DNA of 64,000 nucleotides. Source: Vitrella brassicaformis CCMP3155 (lineage: Eukaryota > Protista > Chromerida). Every line of letters starts with the position of its first letter. The stretch's first letter is position 1. The notes under the pieces are model-generated. The model was not told the origin of the DNA. It worked only from the letters and a program-made list of their open reading frames with translations, and ran no database searches. Both the position numbers and the translations under genes were made by a program. Where the stretch lies: positions 62,001-126,000 of the forward strand of contig CDMY01000077.1 in NCBI GenBank assembly GCA_001179505.1. The letters are read 5' to 3'. Below, in pieces: positions 55,601 to 64,000 of this stretch.

Positions 55601-56186
55601 TGGGTGTCTTTAGTGGGTGTGAGCTCTTCCCCTACCCTCTCGGTGTGTCGCTCTCCATCACCCACACCGTCGGTCTGCGTCTCCATCACAGCAGTGTCCG
55701 GCCGCCGGGCTGCAGGCACATCGGCAGTGGACTCCCAGTTGGCGGCAGGGACGTTGGGCTGTGTGCTGACGGCAGCAAGGTCAGATTGGAGAGCCTTCAC
55801 CTTCTGCACCAGTCCCTCCTGACAGACACAGCTCAGCCAGAAAGGGAGTGTGTGCTTGTTGTTTATTGGCTGACTGCTGGTTCGGGAGGCACCTACCTTA
55901 TCGCCTTGCAGCTCTTGGTTGGCCGCGACCAGGGATGCCCTCTCCTCATCCAGATCCCGAATGCGCTGCTCCTGCTGTGTCGACACAGCAGCAGTGTCGC
56001 GGAGGGCGAGGATCTCGGCTTCCCTCTCCTGGATGATGTCGTCTTTGTCCTTGACGACGCGTTCCAAGTCGATGGCCTTCTGTTCGAGCTGAGCCGCCGC
56101 CGCCTCGTTATCCTGCTGCATGCTGCTCAGCGCTTCTCGCAGCTTCTCGGCCTCATTCAGCTTGGTGCTCAACAAGGTCTGACAGC

Positions 56187-56221
<35 letters not shown>

Positions 56222-59200
56222 CCTCCTTTCTTTCGAGTGGCTTGTCGTTGGTGTCAGTCGGTCCACCTGTTCCTGCAGCAGTGCGGTGTTTTGTTGTTTG
56301 AGGGTATCCAGCTCCTTGGCTTGCTCTGCTGCTAGGGTCGAGGCGGCAAATGTGCGCAAATCCTCCTGAGAATCCCACACACGCACAAACACATACAGAC
56401 ACACGTGTGCATGCCATGCCACGCACTGTCAGCATTCGGCGTGTGAAGGTGGGAGGGAAGGAACATACCTCTTCGCGGCTATTCCGTCTGAGGGTCTGCA
56501 GCTCCTCCCTCAGTGTGTGCAGCTCCTCCCTGAGTGTCTGTTGAGACTGTTTGGTGGCGTCGAGCTCCTCCGCGAGCGCTATGCGGGACTTCTCGCTCTC
56601 CTGCCGGGCTTTCTCGCTCGCCAGCCACCCTTCCATCATGCCCTCGCCCCGGCGGTACGCCTCGACCTCCCGCTGCTCGATCCGGTCCCGCAGCTCGGTC
56701 TCCTGCTGTTGGGACTTCTCAGACAGAGACTGGATCATCGCGGCCTGCAGCAGACAACCATCCCGATCCCTCGCATCTGACATCCATGGGTTGACCGTCG
56801 CATCCCCTCCCTATTCACCTTCTCTTCCCGCAGGGCGGCGAATTGTTGCACCCAGCGGTCGGTTTCGGCCCGGCGCTCGTCATGCTCCTGCTGCAGATCC
56901 GCCGACAGCTCGGTCTCCCGCGTCTTGAGCTCGTCTATCTGTCGGATTCTCTCCATCAGCTCCGACTGCACCGATGACTGCAGACATACATATGTATGTG
57001 TGTATGTGTGTGAGGTACGCGTAGGTTGGTTGTGTGTTGTCGGTACCTTTTCTTCCGTGAGTTGCTTTATCTCTGCCTGCAGAGCCTCGACAGCAATGCC
57101 CCCATCCTCAACCTGACCAAGAGACCCACACATAGTGCACGACGTGCATTCTCACCATATGGTGGGTGTCTCTTTAGTGGGTGTGAGCTCTTCCCCTACC
57201 CTCTCGGTGCGTCGCTCTCCATCACCCACACCGTCGGTCTGCGTCTCCATCACAGCAGTGTCCGGCCGCCGGGCTGCAGGCACATCGGCAGTGGACTCCC
57301 AGTCGGCGGCAGAAAGGTCGGGCGGTGTCCTGACGGCAGCAAGGTCAGATTGGAGAGCCTTCACCTTCTGCACCAGTCCCTCCTGACAGACACAGCCCAG
57401 CCAGAAAGGGATGATGTGGTGTATGTTCGTTGTTTATTGGCTGACTGCTGGTTCGGAAGGGCACCTACCTTATCGCCTTGCAGCTGTTGGTTGGCCGCGA
57501 CCAGGGATGCCCTCTCCTCATCCAGATATCGAATGCGCTGCTCCTGCTGTGTCGACACAGCCGCCGCCGCCGCCTCGTTATCCTGCTGCATGCTGCTCAG
57601 CACATCTCGCAGCTTCTCGGCCTCATTCAGCTTGGTGCTGAACAAGGTCAACCACGACGCCTGGAAGCACAAACACCCACACACACAGCCACACACACAC
57701 ACACACGCACAGAGAGAGAGAGAGAGAGCCTCCTTTCTTTCAAGTGGCTTGTCGTTGGTGTCAGTCGGTCCACCTGTTCCTGCAGCAGTGCGGTGTTTTG
57801 TTGTTTGAGGGTCTCCAGCTCCTTGGCTTGCTCTGCTGCTAGGGTCGAGGCGGCAAATGTGCGCAAATCCTCCTGAGAATCCCACACACGCACAAACACA
57901 TACAGACACACGTGTGCATGCCATGCCACGCACTGTCAGCATTCGGCGTGTGAAGGTGGGAGGGGAGGAACATACCTCTTCGCGGCTTTTCCGTCTGAGG
58001 GTCTGCAGCTCCTCCCTCAGTGTGTGCAGCACCTCCCTGAGTGTCTGTTGAGACTGTCTGGTGGCGTCGAGCTCCTCCGCGAGCGCTATGCGGGACTTCT
58101 CGCTCTCCTGCCGCTCTTCCAACAGGCCCTCGATCTGGCCCTGCAGCTCGGCCTCCCGCTGTTGGGACTGCTTTACCAAGGCATTCTGCAAGCCACACAG
58201 ACAGACGGAACGGACTTGGCAACACGTAAGAGCGACACGCTTTTGTCGACTGGCGTTGGACCCTCTCTCTGAGCAGTCTGTCGATCTCCTGCTGCAACTC
58301 CGAGATCTCGACCTCAGTGACGTCGCTGAATCGACACAACAGAACAGGAGAGCACAGCACCTTTGTTGTCGATCGATCAATGGATGGAAGATCTGCCTGA
58401 GTGAGTCTGTCTACCTGCGGGTGTCATCCTCGTCGTCGTCTTCGTCCTCCCAATAAGTACGAGGCATCCACCCCCACCGAGGGCCGGGCTTGTGCCAGAA
58501 CATGAGAGCATCCCTCGCCCTCTCAGCCTGACACACACGCGTATAGTGGACATAACATAGATAGTATGACTAAGGAAGTGCTCCTCTGTCTGCACGCACG
58601 TGTGTGCGACCGACCTGCTGCCACCCTTGCTGGGCGTCTTTTAGCTGCTCTTGCAGCTGGGCCACTCGCTGCCGTGCGGCGTCTGAAACACACAAAGCCA
58701 CATCACCAACACAAATTTCGGTGTGTGATGCGTGGAGGCTCCTGGGGGACGCCTTTGCTCACCCAGCTCCTGTTGCGCCTCCGCCCAGAACTCGCTAAAA
58801 TGTGCGGCCGACTGCTGGACGCGCCTGCATTCATTCATCAGTCCATCCAACAAACACAGTCATGTACGTACATATCGATGGGTCGGCTTCACTCTCCTCT
58901 CCACATGATGTGTCTGCTCACTCGTATTCGGCCTTCAGCTGTTCAAGCTCGGCGCGTAGTGGCGCCTCAACCTGGTCGCTCTCACTTCTGCATGCACACA
59001 CCAGGCAACGATATGATCAGTGAGTGACGTGTGCGTGTCGGTGCGCGCCACAATTTCAACATCGCATACACACCGACGTACCTGGCAGCAGCAGGGGCAG
59101 CAGCAGGGGCAGCCAGGGGGGTGTCGGAGGACGCTGCGGGGCGACACAGCGGAGACAATGCGAGGGCGGCGTCGATGGCAGCCTCGCACGCCGCACGCTC

Positions 59201-62200
59201 GACGTCTTCCGTGTCTTCTGCAACCTGGGCCCTCGCTGTTGGGGTGGTGGTGGTGGTGGTGTTGGTGGTGTTGGTGTTGGTGGAGGGGGAAGGTCGGGAG
59301 GCAGCCGCGTTGCTGATGCGCAGGGAAGGTTTGCGACTGCGCTGACTCCCCATCATGCCGGACGGGCCGGGAGGGGGTGGTGGGGGCGGCGGGGGCGCGG
59401 GAGGTGCAGAGGACGACGACGCAGCACCTGCTGCTGCTGCTGCTGCTGGCTCCTTGGCGTCAGTGGACGGCACAGCAGATGGGGGACGGGGAGGCGACAC
59501 AGGCTCCGGCGGGGCAGGCCGATGCACTGGTGCTGGAGGGACGGCACTAGCGCGGCCGCCTGCTTGAGCGGATTCCTGCTGGGCAGGCGGTGGAGCTGCA
59601 AACTGTCCCGGTGCCTTGGGGCGAGCGGTGGCCTCCGCACCAGCCTGTCTCTCGGCCGGTCCACTCGACGGCCCTCCCTCCACCTCGGTCTCATCCGTCA
59701 CGTCTGCTGGACCAGGGTGCCCCTCCTCTCCCCCCTCCCTGGCCCGCCCAGCAGCGCCAGCCCTCCCACTGAGAGAGACGGCTCCGGCCGCCTCCTGGCG
59801 AGTTTGCTTCCTGACGTCCTTGATGGAGCTGTTGAAGATGCGGAGCGACGGGTGCCACGACGGCCGAGGCTGCCCTGCAAACGGGAGGGTCGGCGACATG
59901 TGGGATGTCGGGGGTCCGTCGTCTCGCGGACCCACGCGATGAGGAGGTCCACGAGCGGAGCCGAACAACTCGTCCCCGTGATCGAAGCGATCGTACTGGC
60001 CCCCTCCTCCCGTGGTGCCTCGGGGGCCCTCGGCAACCACCGCCACCACGGGGATGCGGCGGGTGGTGCAGGCGTGAAGGATGATGATGGCCCCCACGTT
60101 GGTCGTCCCGCTCCCTCTCGACCCTCTCCCGACCCACCTGCTGGTGCTGCGCCCCCGGTGGCGATGACTGACGGCTGTCGGAACCGGACAGTGATCGGGC
60201 CGCCGCGGCCTGACCCCCATCAGCAGGGAGCGGATCCATGGTCCCAACACCGATCTCACGCAGTCGGGGCATCTCCTCAGTGGCTGGTGCGTGGTAAGGC
60301 AGCAACTCATGGGCGTGAGGCGCCGTTGGCGGCTGCTCCCCGGGCGTCGGCAGAATGACCGGGGGGGGAAAGGCACCGTGACCTCTCGCCTCGTCCGTCG
60401 GCGCCTTCTGCCGCTGCTGCTGCTGCTGGTGGTGGTGCTGAGAGGTCGTGTCCTGTGCCGCGGCCATGTCCCCTGCCTCCTGGGACTCTCGTGGCTTGGT
60501 GAAGGTGGGCAGCTCGTGAGCGGCCGGGGGAGGGGGTGGCGCTATCGGCTGGTGTGGGAAGGGCTCCTGGTCGGGGGACGACGGAGCGAAGCCATCGACA
60601 GCAGGCCACACAGCGATCTCCTGTTGCGGACGTTGCTGCTGTTGCTGCACAGACGGATGGAGGGCCACCATGGAGTGGCCAGCCGGGGTGTGGTGGGCCT
60701 CTGGCGGCAGATCCGACGGCGACTGATTCTGGACCGGTGACGGGCCGCGCAGCAGAGGCGCGTTTGCGACGCGTTTCTTCGTGTTGACTCCGCCAAAGTC
60801 CCCACTGTGGGACCGCTGAGTGATGGGTGTGGCGTCGGCGCCAAAGTGCTGCTGGGGGTGCATCGCTGCCTGACCAGCGAGCTGCTGCCCTTGGGTCTGG
60901 GGAAGATGCTGTTGCTGTTGGTGCTGCTGGGCTGCCATGGACTGGCTGGCGATGCCTTGCATCGCAGCCTGGTGGAGGCATGCGGGGAAGCCGGCGTGTC
61001 CGAACGCACCGTCCTGCTGGGTGACGGCAGCAGCGGCCATGGGACTGGCCGTGGGGGACATGCACACGGTCGCCTGGGTCACGTCACCACTCTGACTGTA
61101 CGCGTACTGCATACCTGATAGATAGGCACAAACAACACATACATAGCACAACACAACACAACACACATATGACAGAATAACGGTGTGTGTGTGTGTGGTC
61201 CGCCTCTCTTCCTGCCACCCTCCCATCTGTCTGTCTGTCTGTCTGATTTATGAGTCCATCGCTCACCCTGCATAGATCCATTCATCCATTCGCCCATGCC
61301 AATCTGCTGGAAGTACAACTGACCAGACATCTCGTCAACACCACCGCCGCCCAGCCCCGTCCCCCACCCCCCAGTATACGGAGCAGCGTCGGCATTCAGG
61401 CCACTTGAGCTCGCACTCGCCCAACCCTCAACCTGGACAAGACCTCCCCCATGCTGCTGCCATTGGGGGTGCTGGGGCTGCCGTGCCGCGGCCATGTCGC
61501 CTGCCTCTTGGGTGCCTCGTGGCTTGGTGAAGGTGGGCAGCTCGTGAGCGGCCGGGGGAGGGGGTGGCGCCATCGACTGGTGTAGGAAGGGCTGCTGGTC
61601 GGGGGGCGACGGAGCGAACCCAGACGCTGCTGCATCCTGATGAGGTTCTCCTCCTCGTTCTCAAACATCGGTCCAGAAAACTGCGGCGGACTGGGCGGCC
61701 AATCATAGGGCGACGCGGGCGACTCCTGGGACACATGAGCGCGTGTGTACCACTCCTGGGGGGGTGGAGGGGGTGACTGCCCGAACGGCGGTGGGGCGTG
61801 CGATGGAGGGGGCGGCTGCTGAGACTGACGGACGGCCCCCTCTGCCGGGCTGCTGCAATGCTGCTCGGGCCGGCGGGGGTAGGGCGACTCAGGGGGCGGC
61901 TGGTGGTGCTGCTGGCCCACCCTCATCTGCGAGCCACCGTGCTGCAGCCCCTGCATGTGCTGTTGCTGCTGGAAGGGCTGGCTCTGCGGGAAACCCTTGG
62001 TGGGATGGTTGCCGGAGACGGGCGGCCGATAGCCCGCCTGCTGGGGTGACTGGGAGCCATGTCCTGACCGGTCGGCGCCTGGTGGATTGATGGGGATGGC
62101 CCCTCGGTCGCCCGGCCTATCACCACTGTCGCCCTGCCTTCCCGGATAGTGTGGAAGGTGGTACCCCCCTTGCTGCTTCATGGCCTGCTGCAGACTGCGG

Positions 62201-62954
62201 GGAATCACCTCGGGCCCAGGAGTGGGCAGCAGATGACCTTGCGGCCCGTCCGGCCGTCCCGGTCCCATGCCGGGCGGCCCAGAGCCCCGGCCTCTGGGTG
62301 GGGGAAAGCCACCCCTCGGTGTCGAGAAGGGGAGGGGAGGCGGGCGTGGAGGGCCGGCCTTGCTGGCGTGCTGCTGCACGGCCCTCTGCTCGTGACCTGC
62401 ATTGCATTGCATGCACAGAAGAACAGACCGCCGACCATAATATGGATGCCATGCCGGGTAGGCGCGTGAGAGTGAGCATGAGTGAGTGAGCACGCCCCAC
62501 CCCACCCCATGCCACCGACCTGTGTCGTCATCCTCCATCATGTCTGCCCCCTTCCTGGGGCCGACCGTGGCCTGCTCCTGCAGCTGTCTGTGCCACTCCT
62601 GTGGCGGCGGAGAGGGCGAGTGGCCGTACGGCGGTGGGGCGTGCGATTGGGGTGGCGGCTGCTGAGCCGAGTGCAAGCACACGGGGCACTCCAAGTCGTC
62701 AACCGACTCCTTCACACCAAAAGGGCCAACAAATACAAGCCCTCCCATGTATTTGTTGGGCGTGCTTCTTACGTGCTCTTCTCGCCGGGTCAACATGTCC
62801 TGCGGAACAAACACACACAACAAGCACCAAGATGACACACCGTTCGGTCAGTGAGGCGTGGGCTGGTCGGTTGTTCAGTGAGGCGTGGTACTACCAGTCC
62901 TCGCACCTCAGTGTTGGTTCCACAGTCGCTACACTGTGCCTGAAACGCACTCAT
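52651..62954 (-). CDS. ~10-kb multi-exon gene: N-terminal CxxC..CxxC (possible zinc ribbon), Pro/Gln-rich repeats, duplicated coiled-coil cassettes; model provisional
   Basis: The ATG at 62954 gives MSAFQAQCSDCGTN..RT|DMLTRREE..LECPVCLH. Coiled-coil exons follow (e.g. LQREKSREE, MELMESIRQIDELKTRETEL, SMRDLENVISALETENTELKR). A putative last exon stops at 52651. A frame change near 60.0-60.2 kb is unresolved. Confidence 0.55.
54850..61620 (-). repeat. Three copies of a Pro/Gln-rich coding module (about 54850-55330, 60410-60900, partial 61484-61620)
   Basis: Each copy encodes APPPPPAAHELPTFTKPR(G/E)(T/S)QEAGDMAAA. The two longer copies also share QRPQQEIAVWPAVDGFAPS and HSGDFGGVxTKKRVA. Confidence 0.92.
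55336..58112 (-). repeat. Tandem duplication of a multi-exon coiled-coil cassette (55336-56608 and 56892-58112)
   Basis: Exons and introns align between the copies, e.g. ttgagctcgtctatctgtcgga at 55367 and 56926, and gcgctatgcgggacttctcgctctcctgcc at about 56577 and 58083. Confidence 0.93.
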
Positions 62955-63549
62955 CTCCTTGAACCGACGCGTCTGGGATCACACTACATACGTGGGATAG
63001 ACTCTTAAGTGCGTAATCCATCCATCCCATCTGCGAGCTTGCGAGCTTGAAAGAGAGGACGAGGAAAGGAGTGGAGCAATGCGCTGAAACCAAATTGGCC
63101 GGAAGATGTGATGTGATGAGCCAATCACGAAATTTCAGCTGCTTCAGCAGCGTCATCACAGGGGACAAGATAGCCCACCTGGTACGCAAGAGCACCACAC
63201 GGCAGACACAGCCCTGTCGAGGATCTTGGCCTGCCTTCTCCTGTTTTGTTTGCAAGGTTGCTGAAGACTTCGTAATCATCGATGTATGTATGGACACGGA
63301 GAGAGATCTGTTCATTCTGTTCGTTCAGTGCGTGCATTGCACCTGCTGTGCGTGTGCTGTTGGCAGCGCTGTTTCTCCCAGAAGAGGACGACTGCACTGC
63401 GGATCGAGGCCGTCCGTATAAATGACTAATGGAGAGCGGCATGCTGATACCCAACCGAATCCGAACCAAACATGTACAAGAGTGGAAGTGGAACACACAC
63501 AGTCTATGCTCGCCACGCCCTGCCCTCATTTGCAAGTTCTGCGTGTGTC

Positions 63550-63750
63550 AGCTACGAGCTGGACCTGCACGGCGAGGCCCGGTCGAAGGTGCCTGAGTTC
63601 GATGCGCTCTGGTCCAGCGACGCGTTGGTGGAGGCCCTGTCGTGCTGCCTGAAGCAGCTGGGGTCGAATGTGGAGCCACGAAGGGGACACAGGCCCGAAG
63701 CATCAAGATACAGTGCGACAAAGGGAATGGCGGATGCTTCCTCTTCCAGT
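63550..63750 (+). pseudogene. Frameshifted exon resembling an EGL-9/prolyl-hydroxylase-like 2OG-Fe(II) oxygenase
   Basis: YELDLHGEARSKVPEFDALWSSDALVEAL, then in a shifted frame SIKIQCDKGNGGCFLF-CA|gtgagt. This recalls the E-x-D-L..EF..L..KLQxNxGxGGCFPxHxD pattern. No downstream exons were found. Confidence 0.4.
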
Positions 63751-63825
63751 GAGTGAAGTAATGATCAGGAAGGAGCAACATCTGCTGTCGATTGTCGGTC
63801 GGTGTGCTATGGCCTGGCTGCTTTG

Positions 63826-64000
63826 TCAGATGGTGAGGGGGCGGGTTAGCCAGCTAGCCACGAATGGCCGACTTCCTACGGCCTGGTGACCGGCGCGCGC
63901 ACGACACAAAGACACAGACACGATACGTGCCTTTTCCCCCTTTGCTGTGCGCGCGTCTACCGGGACACAAACACACGCCCCTTTGTTGGTTGTGTATACG
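63826..64000 (-). CDS. Last exon (63826-63882) and preceding intron of a minus-strand gene entering from the right edge
   Basis: Acceptor ccag|GCC GTA GGA AGT CGG CCA TTC GTG GCT AGC TGG CTA ACC..ATC TGA. The reading frame is conserved in the paralog at 48.4 kb. Confidence 0.5.
   Translation of the reverse strand, partial: VYTTNKGACVCVPVDARTAKGEKARIVSVSLCRARAGHQAVGSRPFVASWLTRPLTI

Noticed and set aside
50718-59192. Inverted repeats as TIRs of a DNA transposon or Polinton
   Set aside because: The arms consist of host-type spliced exons, and no transposase, integrase or polB motifs lie inside.
62400-62480. Extra CMQC Cys motif in ORF 61396-62838
   Set aside because: It falls inside a GT-AG intron that happens to be open in frame.
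48389-64000. Flanking direct repeats as LTRs of a retrotransposon
   Set aside because: The repeats are exon-intron fragments and are diverged. There are no TG..CA ends, primer-binding site, gag, RT or integrase between them.

Overview
This is a GC-rich, intron-rich eukaryotic nuclear sequence whose introns and spacers are full of (GT)n, (CTGT)n and (GATG)n microsatellites. Several proteins carry signal-peptide plus transit-peptide leaders and psbM is nucleus-encoded, which points to an alga with a complex red-lineage plastid. The style fits a chromerid such as Vitrella brassicaformis (inference, no database check). From 1 to 48 kb the window is an ordinary gene-dense arm, with most exons reconstructed by hand from GT-AG sites: arylsulfotransferase-like gene, DJ-1/PfpI, bacterial-type xanthine-guanine phosphoribosyltransferase (gpt), EF-Ts, DUF3611, an ankyrin-like gene with an intronless CDS, a right-handed beta-helix protein, low-complexity genes sharing a duplicated module, a coiled-coil + dsRBD-like gene spanning a 300-N gap, PsbM, a TLC-domain protein, an SRPK kinase, a senescence-like/PH/C2 protein and deoC. 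From 48.4 to 64 kb the sequence is a rearranged duplication mosaic. It holds a ~10-kb minus-strand gene built from repeated exon cassettes, a ~1-kb inverted copy of part of it, paralogous fragments at both ends, and a frameshifted 2OG-Fe(II) oxygenase-like remnant. No rRNA, tRNA, CRISPR array or recognisable transposase/reverse transcriptase was seen.
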